NCBI RefSeq assembly: GCF_000012465.1
Contig: NC_007335.2
Location: 300,001 to 332,000, forward strand
Origin: Prochlorococcus marinus str. NATL2A
GTDB lineage: Bacteria; Cyanobacteriota; Cyanobacteriia; PCC-6307; Cyanobiaceae
Length of the DNA stretch: 32,000 nucleotides
Reading direction: 5' to 3'
Shown here: one piece after another, positions 18,716 to 28,485 of the stretch
How the letters are laid out: every line of letters begins with the position of its first letter
How positions within the stretch are numbered: position 1 is the first letter of the stretch
Position numbers and translations under genes: made by a program
Notes under the pieces: generated by a model
What the model was told of the DNA's origin: nothing
Database searches by the model: none
What the model saw: the letters and a program-made list of their open reading frames with translations, nothing else

Positions 18716-19885
18716 ATGCAAATACCTCCTTTTAGTCTTGAAGCTCAAATTTCTGAAATTGGAGACGAGATTGAAGAAGCTTTAATTAAGGTTTTTAGAA
18801 GCGGAAAATATATTGGAGGAGAGGAAGTAGCTTCGTTCGAAAAAGCTTTTGCCTTAGCAACAGAAACTTCTTACTCAGTTAGTTGTAATAGTGGAACAGA
18901 TGCATTAATTCTTGCTTTAAGAGCACTAAATATTGGACAAGGTGATGAGGTGATCACCTCATCATTTAGTTTTTTTGCTACTGCAGAAGCAATCACCAGT
19001 GTTGGAGCTAGGCCGGTTTTTGTAGATATTGATTCTAAAAACTATCTTATGGATCTGGATTTAATAGAAAAAGCAATAACTCCCAGAACAAAAGCTATTT
19101 TGCCTGTGCATTTGTTTGGTCATCCACTAGATATGGATAAAATAATGGCAATTGCTGAATCCAATAATCTTAAGGTTGTAGAAGATTGTGCTCAAGCAGC
19201 TGGGGCGTATTGGCGAGGTAAACCTGTTGGAAGTTATGGGGATATAGGTTGTTTTAGTTTTTTCCCTACTAAAAACTTAGGTGCAGCAGGAGATGGAGGA
19301 GCTATAACTACTAATGATTTTGATCTAGCAAAAACAATTAGGGAACTAGCTATTCATGGGATGCCAAAGAGATATTTTCATACAAATATTGGATATAATA
19401 GTCGACTTGATTCATTACAAGCTGCAATATTAAATGTTAAGTTAATCCGATTAAATAAATGGATTGAGCAAAGAAAAGAAATAGCTATTAATTACATGAA
19501 TCAGTTATCAGCTATAGATTCAATTGAATTACCATCTAATACTTTTGTTAATAATTCTGGTCATTCTTGGAATCAATTTGTAATCAGAATAATGGACAAT
19601 TCTTTTATTAAAAATATAAAATCTAACTCAGATGATGTTTTTGATAATCTAAATAGAGATCTATTTAAAACTGAACTTCATAGGCTTGGTGTAAATACAA
19701 TAATTTATTACCCAATACCCATACATCTTCAACCTGCATATAAAAATTTAGAGTATAAAGAAGGATCTCTTCCTGTTACTGAAAAAGTATGTAGTCAGGT
19801 TATTAGTTTACCTATTTTCCCAGAGTTAAAATCTATTCAGCAATCATATGTCATTGATAAAATAAAAGAACTATTTAAAAAATAA
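18716..19885 (+). CDS. DegT/DnrJ/EryC1/StrS-family PLP-dependent sugar aminotransferase
   Basis: 389 aa containing GGEEVASFEKAF, SGTDAL, DEVITSSFSFFAT and the Lys loop FSFFPTKNLGA. Confidence 0.85.
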   Translation: MQIPPFSLEAQISEIGDEIEEALIKVFRSGKYIGGEEVASFEKAFALATETSYSVSCNSGTDALILALRALNIGQGDEVITSSFSFFATAEAITSVGARPVFVDIDSKNYLMDLDLIEKAITPRTKAILPVHLFGHPLDMDKIMAIAESNNLKVVEDCAQAAGAYWRGKPVGSYGDIGCFSFFPTKNLGAAGDGGAITTNDFDLAKTIRELAIHGMPKRYFHTNIGYNSRLDSLQAAILNVKLIRLNKWIEQRKEIAINYMNQLSAIDSIELPSNTFVNNSGHSWNQFVIRIMDNSFIKNIKSNSDDVFDNLNRDLFKTELHRLGVNTIIYYPIPIHLQPAYKNLEYKEGSLPVTEKVCSQVISLPIFPELKSIQQSYVIDKIKELFKK

Positions 19886-19886
19886 G

Positions 19887-21368
19887 CTATTTAATATTCG
19901 AATATAATTCTTTGAAGATTGATGTTTGATTTTTGTGGCTTATTATTGGTTTTGGATAGCTATTTCTCTCCGCAGAACTTATTTCACCTGAAAGTAAATT
20001 AGGCGTTGAAATATGTGATAGCTCAGGAATCCATTTTCGGATATATTCACCATCTTCGTCAAATTTAGAAGCTTGTCTAAAAGGATTAAATATTCTCATG
20101 GGTTTTGGATCCATCCCACTGCTAGCACTCCATTGCCAACCCCCGTTGTTTGCTGCCAAGTCACCATCAACTAAGCTTTTCATGAAGAAAAGTTCTCCCA
20201 ATCTCCAATCAATTAAAAGGTCTTTTACTAGAAAAGAGGCAACAATCATTCTGCAACGATTATGCATCCATCCAGAACACTTAAGTTGTCTCATTGCAGC
20301 ATCAATTATTGGGATACCAGTCAATCCATCTCCCCATGCTTCAAACCAATCAGGTCTATTTTGCCATGGAAAATCTAACCATTTCTCCCTGTATGGACCT
20401 TTCTCAAGCTCTGGAAAATTAATGAGAGCATTTTGATAAAACTCTCTCCAAGCAAGTTCCTTTATCCATGTATCAATAGAATTTATTTTATATTCATCAT
20501 CCGTCGCGTTTTTTGATACTTGAGCCCCATTCCATACTACTCTGCAACTTATGGTACCTAAACTTAAAGCAGCACTTAGATGAGAAGTATTCTCTAAAGA
20601 TGGAATATCTCTTGCTTTATTGTATGAATTTATAACTCCTGAATGTATAAAAGAGTTTAATTGTTTTATTGATTCTGATTCTCCCGGCTTGCAAGGACAT
20701 AGATTTGTTTTGTTGAATCTATTTAAAGAAAGTAATTCATAAATAGATTTGCTTTTGTTTGTAATACAGTAGTTTAAATCAGAGTTTTTAATTGATGATA
20801 ATTCTCTTTCATTAAGACCTGTAAGTTGTTTAGCTGTTTCTGAGGTTTGTATTAAATTATTCTCTGATGATTTGGTTATATTGATTAAATCAATCCATTT
20901 GCGATAAAAGGGTCCATATACCTTGTATGGTTCATCATTGTTTGTTTTGATATTACTTGGGTTAACAATTAATTGATCTAAAAATGTATAAACTTTCCTT
21001 TTTTCTTTTGAAAGTTTTTCTGCAATTTGTTTGTCTCTATTGATTTCATAAGGTTCAATATTTTCGTTCCAGTAAATACATTCAGCATGAACTAACTCAG
21101 CTAATTTAGATATTAATTCAATAGGATCTCCATTTAATATTAATAAACGACTTCCTCTAATCTCCCAATTCTTTTGTAGTTCTATAAGACTTTCACCTAA
21201 AAACCAGTTTTTTGCTTCAGATGTAGTTCTATTTAGATCTAAGAGTTTGGGATCTAAAACATATACTCCGATAAGGCTTTTTGAATTTTTTGATGCTTCG
21301 AATAGGCCGATATTATCTCCAAATCTTAAATCTCTCCTATGCCAAAATATTGATTGAAATTTTGTCAT
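19887..21368 (-). CDS. phr: Deoxyribodipyrimidine (CPD) photolyase, class I
   Basis: It contains FWHRRDLRFGDN, WREFY, TGIPIIDAAMRQL, GWMHNRCRMIVASFL and DGDLAANNGGWQW. I prefer the ATG at 21368, which forms ATGA with the Nudix stop. The ORF also stays open to an ATG at 21401. Confidence 0.9.
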   Translation of the reverse strand: MTKFQSIFWHRRDLRFGDNIGLFEASKNSKSLIGVYVLDPKLLDLNRTTSEAKNWFLGESLIELQKNWEIRGSRLLILNGDPIELISKLAELVHAECIYWNENIEPYEINRDKQIAEKLSKEKRKVYTFLDQLIVNPSNIKTNNDEPYKVYGPFYRKWIDLINITKSSENNLIQTSETAKQLTGLNERELSSIKNSDLNYCITNKSKSIYELLSLNRFNKTNLCPCKPGESESIKQLNSFIHSGVINSYNKARDIPSLENTSHLSAALSLGTISCRVVWNGAQVSKNATDDEYKINSIDTWIKELAWREFYQNALINFPELEKGPYREKWLDFPWQNRPDWFEAWGDGLTGIPIIDAAMRQLKCSGWMHNRCRMIVASFLVKDLLIDWRLGELFFMKSLVDGDLAANNGGWQWSASSGMDPKPMRIFNPFRQASKFDEDGEYIRKWIPELSHISTPNLLSGEISSAERNSYPKPIISHKNQTSIFKELYSNIK

Positions 21369-21925
21369 CTTATATTCAAGAGTTGGCATGCTCTGAACCA
21401 TGCTGTAATAGTTTTCCCATCAAGTGACTCTTCCCCACTTGCAATGATTTCATTTAATTTTCTTGGGGAAATTTTTAATACTTCAATATCTTCATCTGCA
21501 TCGCCCTCAGGTTTTTTTTCAAGTTTTGTTAGATCCCTTGCAAGAAAAATATGAATTGTTTCGTCAGAATATCCTGGGCAAGGAAGCATTTCTCCCAGTT
21601 TGTCCCATCTTTTTGCAGAGTAACCACTTTCTTCTTGAACTTCTCTTTTGATTGATTCAAGGGGGCTTTCGCCTAATTCTAATGTTCCAGCAGGAAACTC
21701 AAGAATTCTTCTCGAGCAAGCAAATCTGTATTGACGAAGAATAACGACTTCTCCAGAATCTGTTATTGGTACGGCTAATGCAGCCCCAGGATGACGAATG
21801 ATCCCAAATTCGCCCTCCATTGAATTAGGTAAAAGAAATTTATTAATTTCAAAACGAATTTTTTTTGCATCAAGACAAGCTTTTGTCTCAATAATTTTTG
21901 AGGGTTCAGGTCCTGGAATTGACAT
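21365..21925 (-). CDS. NUDIX hydrolase, ADP-ribose pyrophosphatase-like
   Basis: 186 aa with a perfect Nudix box, GTLELGESPLESIKREVQEESGY. A Pro lies 15 residues after the box, which as I recall is a feature of the ADP-ribose pyrophosphatase subfamily. Confidence 0.85.
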   Translation of the reverse strand: MSIPGPEPSKIIETKACLDAKKIRFEINKFLLPNSMEGEFGIIRHPGAALAVPITDSGEVVILRQYRFACSRRILEFPAGTLELGESPLESIKREVQEESGYSAKRWDKLGEMLPCPGYSDETIHIFLARDLTKLEKKPEGDADEDIEVLKISPRKLNEIIASGEESLDGKTITAWFRACQLLNIR

Positions 21926-21993
21926 GCTTTTTTTTCTATCCTTATAGGATGGCTGATTTTTTTAGAAAAGGTTGGTGATTTTTGTTACGAGTT

Positions 21994-22575
21994 TTATTCA
22001 GGCCAAATATTTTGAGAACTGATTCGTTTCGTTTTACCTTGGGTTTTTGATAAAACTTCTGCAAGGGGAATTAAAACAAAGTTTCTTTCACTAAATCTTG
22101 GATGAGGCAAAATCAAAGTGTCAGTATTTATTTGTAGTCCGCCCCAAGAAATGAAGTCAATATCCAAAGATCTTGGCCCCCAAATAATCTCTATATTTTC
22201 TCTTTCCCTTCCTGCAATCTTTTCTAATTCTAAAAATTTTTTCATCAAACATTTAGCTGCTTTTTCATTTGGGGTTACTGAGGCAAAACCCTCTCCCTCC
22301 ACAACAAGTACGGTATTAATGAATTTTGGTTGGTCAATTGGCCCCCCTAAAGGATCAGTCTCAAATAGAGGAGCCCATTGAAAAGATAAAGACTTATCAA
22401 AATTTTGAGAGTCTATTTTTGGATGATTTAAAGCAATATTCCACTCGATTATGCTTTTTTCTATATGCGGCCTCATGGCAGCGATTGTCCTTATGGGATC
22501 TCCTAGAATGCCAGGGATATTTGCGCCTATTGAGATGACGAGTTTCAATTCCGGTTTTTGTTTTGCATAAGTCAT
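21994..22575 (-). CDS. folK: 2-amino-4-hydroxy-6-hydroxymethyldihydropteridine pyrophosphokinase (HPPK)
   Basis: 193 aa containing WGPRSLDIDFI and LILPHPRFSERNFVLIPLAEV, which are typical FolK motifs. Confidence 0.9.
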   Translation of the reverse strand: MTYAKQKPELKLVISIGANIPGILGDPIRTIAAMRPHIEKSIIEWNIALNHPKIDSQNFDKSLSFQWAPLFETDPLGGPIDQPKFINTVLVVEGEGFASVTPNEKAAKCLMKKFLELEKIAGRERENIEIIWGPRSLDIDFISWGGLQINTDTLILPHPRFSERNFVLIPLAEVLSKTQGKTKRISSQNIWPE

Positions 22576-22621
22576 GCGAATATTAAAAGACTTTTAAAAA
22601 TTTGCTTGTTGATCCAACCCT

Positions 22622-24775
22622 ATGGTTTCCAGTGGATTGAACAATAACAATATGTCTTCGACTTCAAAAGACATTGCTGTAAAGGATAGAGCCAATCTTG
22701 CTTTCCCTTTGGCTGCAATTACAGGCCATGGAACTTTAAAGCTTGCTTTAATGCTCGCCGCAGTTGATCCTGGTTTGGGAGGAGTAATAATTGCGGGTGG
22801 TCGCGGGACTGGGAAATCTGTTTTAGCTAGAGGCTTACATGCCCTTCTCCCGCCGATTGAAATAATTGATTTAGACGAATTAGCCAATACTGAGGATGGA
22901 GATGATTCATTTATTTATCCGGCAGGTAGAAATTTAGATCCTTCTTTTTCAGGCGAATGGGATGATTTAACTAAAAAACTTTTCACAAAAAAGATAGGGA
23001 GTTATGAAAATACTGATGACTTAGAAAATATCCCTACAAAAGTTGTTTCTGCGCCCTTTATTCAGGTTCCTTTAGGAGTAACGGAGGATAGGCTTGTTGG
23101 TGCAGTTGATGTCGCTGCTTCATTATCAAGCGGAACTCCAGTATTTCAGCCAGGCTTACTAGCTGAGGCTCACAGAGGAGTTTTGTACATAGACGAATTG
23201 AATTTATTGGATGACGGCATTGTCAATCTACTTTTGGCTTCAGTAGGTGCAGGTGAAAATAGAGTTGAACGAGAAGGATTGAGCCTAAGTCACCCTTGCC
23301 GTCCTCTTTTGATTGCTACTTACAATCCTGAAGAGGGGGGATTAAGGGACCACCTCTTGGACAGATTTGCAATTGTTTTATCTGCAGATCAATTAATTAC
23401 AAACGAACAAAGAGTTGAAATAACTCAATCTGCCATTTCTCATGGTCAATCAAGTGAAGCTTTTTCTAAGAAATGGTCTGAAGACACAGAATCTCTATCA
23501 ACACAATTGCTTTTGGCAAGGCAATGGCTTCCAGATGTTCAAATCAGTGAGGATCAAATTGAATACTTAGTTGTGGAAGCTATACGTGGAGGTGTAGAAG
23601 GACACAGATCAGAGCTTTATTCAGTAAGGGTTGCAAAGGCTCATGCTGCCTTGTGTGGAAGGGATTCAGTGGACGCAGAAGATTTAAAAGCGGCAGTAAG
23701 ACTTGTCATCGCTCCCAGGGCCATGCAAATGCCGTCAGAAGAGGAGATGGAGCCTCCGGCCCCTGAAGATCAGCAGCCACCACCACCGCCTCCTGAAGAC
23801 TCTGATGACAATAATGATCAAGAGGAAGATCAAGAAGAAGATCAGGAAGAGGAGCAAGATGAAGAGTCATCTCCTCCAATCCCAGAGGAATTTATGCTTG
23901 ATCCAGAAGCATGTGCCGTAGATCCTGATTTGTTGTTGTTTTCATCTACTAAATCAAAGAGTGGAAATAGCGGAAGTCGATCAGCTGTCTTAAGTGATAA
24001 CAGAGGTCGATACGTGAAACCAATTATTCCTAGAGGACCTGTTAGAAGGATTGCCGTTGATGCAACCTTAAGAGCTGCAGCTCCTTATCAGAAAGCAAGA
24101 AGGGAAAGAGAACCTAATAGGAAAGTTATTGTTGAGGAAGGCGATCTACGCGCAAAATTACTGCAGCGTAAAGCTGGGGCATTGGTAATTTTCTTGGTTG
24201 ATGCAAGTGGATCAATGGCGCTCAATAGAATGCAAAGTGCAAAGGGAGCTGTTATTCGGTTGCTAACCGAAGCTTATGAAAACAGAGATGAAGTTTCTCT
24301 TATACCTTTCAGAGGGGATCAAGCAGAAGTTTTACTCCCTCCAACCAGATCAATCACCGCTGCGAAAAGGAGACTTGAGGCAATGCCATGTGGTGGTGGC
24401 TCTCCACTAGCTCATGGGTTAACTCAGGCTGCAAGAGTTGGAGCAAATGCCTTAGCCACAGGAGATCTCGGACAGGTTGTAGTAGTGGCAATTACGGATG
24501 GGCGTGGAAACGTTCCATTAAGCACTTCACTAGGTCAACCAATTCTTGAGGGAGAGACACCACCCGACTTGAAGCAAGAAGTTCTTGATGTCGCTTCGCG
24601 TTATCGTGCTCTTGGTATTAAATTGCTTGTAATTGATACAGAAAGAAAGTTTATTGCTAGTGGAATGGGTAAAGACTTGGCTGACGCATCCGGAGGTAAA
24701 TATGTTCAATTACCTAAGGCAAGTGATAAGGCTATTGCTTCAATTGCAATGGATGCGATTAACAGCGTTACCTGA
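22622..24775 (+). CDS. chlD: Magnesium chelatase subunit D
   Basis: 717 aa. It has an N-terminal AAA+-like domain ([14 protein letters not shown]), an acidic/proline-rich linker and a C-terminal vWA domain with a MIDAS motif (LVDASGSM). An alternative ATG lies at 22652. Confidence 0.95.
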   Translation: MVSSGLNNNNMSSTSKDIAVKDRANLAFPLAAITGHGTLKLALMLAAVDPGLGGVIIAGGRGTGKSVLARGLHALLPPIEIIDLDELANTEDGDDSFIYPAGRNLDPSFSGEWDDLTKKLFTKKIGSYENTDDLENIPTKVVSAPFIQVPLGVTEDRLVGAVDVAASLSSGTPVFQPGLLAEAHRGVLYIDELNLLDDGIVNLLLASVGAGENRVEREGLSLSHPCRPLLIATYNPEEGGLRDHLLDRFAIVLSADQLITNEQRVEITQSAISHGQSSEAFSKKWSEDTESLSTQLLLARQWLPDVQISEDQIEYLVVEAIRGGVEGHRSELYSVRVAKAHAALCGRDSVDAEDLKAAVRLVIAPRAMQMPSEEEMEPPAPEDQQPPPPPPEDSDDNNDQEEDQEEDQEEEQDEESSPPIPEEFMLDPEACAVDPDLLLFSSTKSKSGNSGSRSAVLSDNRGRYVKPIIPRGPVRRIAVDATLRAAAPYQKARREREPNRKVIVEEGDLRAKLLQRKAGALVIFLVDASGSMALNRMQSAKGAVIRLLTEAYENRDEVSLIPFRGDQAEVLLPPTRSITAAKRRLEAMPCGGGSPLAHGLTQAARVGANALATGDLGQVVVVAITDGRGNVPLSTSLGQPILEGETPPDLKQEVLDVASRYRALGIKLLVIDTERKFIASGMGKDLADASGGKYVQLPKASDKAIASIAMDAINSVT

Positions 24776-24784
24776 AACTTGTTT

Positions 24785-25630
24785 TTAAGGATATATATCA
24801 TCAAATAATTTACTTAAACCAATGGTTACCTTTTTTAGAGCATTTATAAGTTCTTTGTCTTCCATAATATTTCCCATATCTGAGCTCATTTGATCAATTT
24901 TCTTTGTTAGAGAGCTAGATGTTGAGGCAAGTTCCTGAATATCTTTTAAAGTCTCAGGATTGTCTAGGCTTTCAAGAATATTATTTAAATGAAAAGAAGC
25001 TTTTGTTAGTTCAGAAATTATAGGCTTTGCTCTTATAAGTTCTGATTTAGATAACAAGACAAGTTCATCAAGATTAGCTTGAGTTCGATCAAATTGTTGA
25101 ATAGATTCAGATACTTTATTTACTATTGCTTGTTTATCAGCTTCATCAATAATTCCATTTATACCCTCTGTCAAGCTTGATATGCTAACCATTTCAACAC
25201 CTTTAATTTTATCTCCACTACATAAGATTCTTTTTTGAGGACAATCTTTATTGACTGTAATTAGTTCATTTTTATTTAATGATTTGCCTAGTGATATTAA
25301 AGATAATTGAGCATCTCCTCCAAGCATAGAACTTGTGACGATTTTGGCAATTACAGGTTTTGGTAGAATTAGATTATCGTTATTTATTTTTATTTTAGTT
25401 TCAACTGTGTTTGGTGTGAAACTAATATTTTGAACAGATCCAACAATGATTCCCCGATAAGTAACTGGAGACATCTTGGCAAGACCACTTGCATCTTTAA
25501 AGCTTGCAGATATTTCCCATGTTTTTGAGCCTAAACGAAAATCTCTTAACCAGAGCATTGCTCCTGAAAAGATAACTAACCCACCTAATAGTGAAAAGCC
25601 AACAAAAGCATCTCGTAAACTTCTTCGCAT
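24785..25630 (-). CDS. MlaD/MCE-domain substrate-binding protein of an ABC lipid-transport system (TGD2-like)
   Basis: 281 aa. It has an N-terminal anchor helix, an MCE domain (VTYRGIIVGSVQNI) and a C-terminal coiled-coil-like tail. It lies 4 nt downstream of the ATPase gene. Confidence 0.8.
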   Translation of the reverse strand: MRRSLRDAFVGFSLLGGLVIFSGAMLWLRDFRLGSKTWEISASFKDASGLAKMSPVTYRGIIVGSVQNISFTPNTVETKIKINNDNLILPKPVIAKIVTSSMLGGDAQLSLISLGKSLNKNELITVNKDCPQKRILCSGDKIKGVEMVSISSLTEGINGIIDEADKQAIVNKVSESIQQFDRTQANLDELVLLSKSELIRAKPIISELTKASFHLNNILESLDNPETLKDIQELASTSSSLTKKIDQMSSDMGNIMEDKELINALKKVTIGLSKLFDDIYP

Positions 25631-25634
25631 AAAT

Positions 25635-26420
25635 TTATGAGTCCTCAGGTTGCATTGGTCCTTGAAGATTGCCTGTGCGAAATTGTTTTACATAGGCATT
25701 TTCACTTTGTTTAAATTGATCTATGGATCCATCCCATTGAAACTTGCCACCGTAAAGCAAAAGAACTCTATTAGCTGTTCTTTCAATTGTACTTGAAACG
25801 TGACTAACTACAATTGAACATCCTTCCGCAGCCTCAGTTGTTTTAATAATTAGATCTTCAATACGAGTACAAGCTATTGGATCTAAACCAGCAGTTGGTT
25901 CGTCATATAAAAGAAGCGGAATAGAGCCTTTTCCTTTCTTGGAGTCACTGATTAATGCACGAGCAAAACTTACTCTTTTTTGCATCCCTCCACTCAGTTG
26001 ATTTGGAAATTTGTCCGCAACATCATATAAACCCACTTTCTGTAAGCAATTTATGACTTTTTTATTGATAATTTCCTCGGGTAAAACTTTCTGTTTTTCA
26101 AGCAAAAAACCTACATTTTCCTTAACAGTTAATGATGCTAATAATGCTGGATTTTGAAAAACTAATCTCACATCAGGAGGACTATTTTGATCAAGCCTTA
26201 AATAATTTTGATCAATACCTGATATTTTAAGGCTTCCTTCAGAAGGTAAGAGCAAACCAGCGAGTAAGCGAAGTATTGTTGACTTGCCCGAGCCTGATGG
26301 ACCAACAATTGCCAATCTCTCTCCAGCCATCATGGCTAGATTGACTGAATCGAGGACTTTGTTTGACCCCAGTTCAACACTGAGATCTTTCATCAACATT
26401 ACTTGAGTGTTTTTTGGCAC
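25635..26420 (-). CDS. ABC transporter ATP-binding protein (MlaF/TGD3-like)
   Basis: It has Walker A (GPSGSGKST), the ABC signature (LSGGMQKRV) and Walker B (LLLYDEPT). The track start is a GTG at 26420. ATG codons at 26399 and 26393 are equally plausible starts. Confidence 0.9.
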   Translation of the reverse strand: MPKNTQVMLMKDLSVELGSNKVLDSVNLAMMAGERLAIVGPSGSGKSTILRLLAGLLLPSEGSLKISGIDQNYLRLDQNSPPDVRLVFQNPALLASLTVKENVGFLLEKQKVLPEEIINKKVINCLQKVGLYDVADKFPNQLSGGMQKRVSFARALISDSKKGKGSIPLLLYDEPTAGLDPIACTRIEDLIIKTTEAAEGCSIVVSHVSSTIERTANRVLLLYGGKFQWDGSIDQFKQSENAYVKQFRTGNLQGPMQPEDS

Positions 26421-26547
26421 ACTCTCTCCTAATGTTTGTTTACCTGTCTCATTTTGTATGAGATCTGTGAAATGGGAAGTTTAATTAGAGTTTATATGAA
26501 TTAATTATTTAGGTCTATTTGTTGAAATTTTCTCAAACTCGAATCCA

Positions 26548-27945
26548 TTGAACAAAAGAAGAAAAAGAAAATTAAGAAGAGCCACCTTGCGTAAAAGCCT
26601 TCTCGCTAGCTTGTCTTTTCATCTTTACTCTCGCTTCAAAAGAGCTATTAGATGGCTGTTGCCTGGATTAGTAGTCAAAAGGTGGATGATGACATCTGGA
26701 TTGGGCTTGTTAATTGCTTTGATTGGAGCCTCTATTTGGGCTGACTTGCGTCCAATTTATTGGGTAGTTGAAATACTTTTTTGGTTTTTAGGATTTATAA
26801 CTACTTTTTTACCTAGAACCATTTCTGGACCCATAGTCTTTTTGATAGGAATTTCTCTTTTAATTTGGGGTCAAGGGAGAAGTTTTGAATCTATTAGGCA
26901 GGCTTTAGGTCCAAAAAAAGATACTTTTTTGGTTGATGCTTTAAGAGCTAAGCAAAAATTAAATAGAGGTCCAAATATTGTTGCTATTGGAGGAGGAACA
27001 GGTTTATCTTCATTATTAAAAGGCTTAAAAAGATATAGCAGCCGAATCACGGCAATAGTGACTGTTGCTGATGATGGAGGAAGTAGTGGAGTTCTTAGGA
27101 GAGAACTGGGTGTTCAGCCTCCAGGAGATATAAGGAATTGTTTAGCAGCTTTAGCAACAGAAGAACCCCTTATTAAAGGACTTTTTCAATATCGCTTTCC
27201 CTCAGGTAGTGGACTTGAGGGACATAGTTTTGGGAATCTTTTCCTATCTGCCTTGACTGCGATAACTGGAAGCTTAGAGACCGCAATTACTGCTTCAAGT
27301 CGTGTTCTTGCAGTTCAGGGTCAAGTTGTACCAGCAACTAATGTAGATGTTCGTTTGTGGGCGGAACTCGAAAATGGTGACCGAATAGATGGAGAGTCAG
27401 CCATAGGAAAAGCCCCTTTGCCAATAGTCAGAATCGGCTGTTACCCATCGCGACCCCCAGCTTTGCCAAGAGCTCTAGAAGCTATAAGAAATGCTGAAAT
27501 TATTTTGATAGGTCCAGGAAGTTTATACACTTCAATTCTTCCAAACCTGCTTGTCCCTGAAATAGTCGAGGCGATTGAGAAGAGCAAAGCTCCTAAACTA
27601 TATGTATGTAATTTGATGACTCAACCTGGAGAAACTGATGGACTTGACGTAACTGGTCATGTAAGGGCCATAGAAGCGCAATTGGCATCAAGAGGAATTT
27701 CTAGGAAAATATTTAGTTCAATACTTGCTCAAGATGAATTAAAACCATCCCCATTGGTTGATTACTACAAATCAAAAGGGGCTGAACCCGTCAAATGCAA
27801 CAAGATTGATCTTTTATCTAGAGGATATAATGTTTATTTAGCTTCTCTTCAGGGTTCAAAGGTCACTCCAACTTTGAGGCACGACCCAAGAAGTCTCGCT
27901 TTAGCAATAATGAGGTTTTACAGAAGATACAAAAAAGGTAAATAA
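26548..27945 (+). CDS. YvcK/CofD-family (UPF0052, gluconeogenesis-factor-like) protein with an N-terminal membrane region
   Basis: 465 aa. The YvcK core starts at NIVAIGGGTGLSSLLKGLK and includes VADDGGSSG. It is preceded by a polybasic head and three hydrophobic helices. The start is uncertain (TTG at 26548; the first in-frame ATG is at codon 46). Confidence 0.8.
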   Translation: MNKRRKRKLRRATLRKSLLASLSFHLYSRFKRAIRWLLPGLVVKRWMMTSGLGLLIALIGASIWADLRPIYWVVEILFWFLGFITTFLPRTISGPIVFLIGISLLIWGQGRSFESIRQALGPKKDTFLVDALRAKQKLNRGPNIVAIGGGTGLSSLLKGLKRYSSRITAIVTVADDGGSSGVLRRELGVQPPGDIRNCLAALATEEPLIKGLFQYRFPSGSGLEGHSFGNLFLSALTAITGSLETAITASSRVLAVQGQVVPATNVDVRLWAELENGDRIDGESAIGKAPLPIVRIGCYPSRPPALPRALEAIRNAEIILIGPGSLYTSILPNLLVPEIVEAIEKSKAPKLYVCNLMTQPGETDGLDVTGHVRAIEAQLASRGISRKIFSSILAQDELKPSPLVDYYKSKGAEPVKCNKIDLLSRGYNVYLASLQGSKVTPTLRHDPRSLALAIMRFYRRYKKGK

Positions 27946-27946
27946 A

Positions 27947-28468
27947 TTAGTATGCATCTTGCATTTCATAAAAATCAGGCTGCACATAGTCTTTTCTGAG
28001 AGGCCATCCTTTCCAGTCTTCAGGCATTAAAAGTCTTTTGGGATGAGGATGACCTTGGAAGTTAACACCATACATATCGAATGTTTCTCTTTCTTGCCAA
28101 TCAGCTCCTCTGAAAAGACTATATAAACTTGGAACAGTTAGGTCCCCATTGCGATCTAGGAATACTTTTAATCTTACTTCGCGAGGAGAAATATCTTCTT
28201 TTAATTCATTCATTTCTATTAGATTATAAAAACAAACTATATTTAAACCAGGACCTTCGTCATAGCCACCTTGGCATTGCAGATAATTAAATCCATCATT
28301 TTTTAACGCTTCAACTATTGTTAAGAGATTGTTTGGGGAGATTTTTATAACTTCAATTCCTAAGTGGTCTTCTTTGAGAGGAATGTTTTCAAATCCATTG
28401 TTAGAGAGCCAATCGCTTATTGGACCTGAGATTTTTTCTTCAACTACAATTTCCGAATCGTTTGTCAT
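27947..28468 (-). CDS. ndhJ: NAD(P)H-quinone oxidoreductase (NDH-1) subunit J
   Basis: 173 aa with NuoC-type motifs [31 protein letters not shown]. Confidence 0.95.
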   Translation of the reverse strand: MTNDSEIVVEEKISGPISDWLSNNGFENIPLKEDHLGIEVIKISPNNLLTIVEALKNDGFNYLQCQGGYDEGPGLNIVCFYNLIEMNELKEDISPREVRLKVFLDRNGDLTVPSLYSLFRGADWQERETFDMYGVNFQGHPHPKRLLMPEDWKGWPLRKDYVQPDFYEMQDAY

Positions 28469-28485
28469 TTTTTTATAAGAGAAGC

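Noticed and set aside
21365-21925. The idea that the Nudix gene next to folK is the folate-pathway dihydroneopterin-triphosphate pyrophosphatase (NudB/FolQ).
   Set aside because: The size, the N-terminal region and the Pro 15 residues after the Nudix box fit the ADP-ribose pyrophosphatase subgroup better. Adjacency alone is insufficient.
23752-23890. A GA-rich repetitive stretch (GAAGATCAAGAAGAAGATCAGGAAGAGGAG...) encoding [30 protein letters not shown].
   Set aside because: This is the well-known proline/acidic linker between the AAA+ and vWA domains of ChlD. It is not an independent repeat element.
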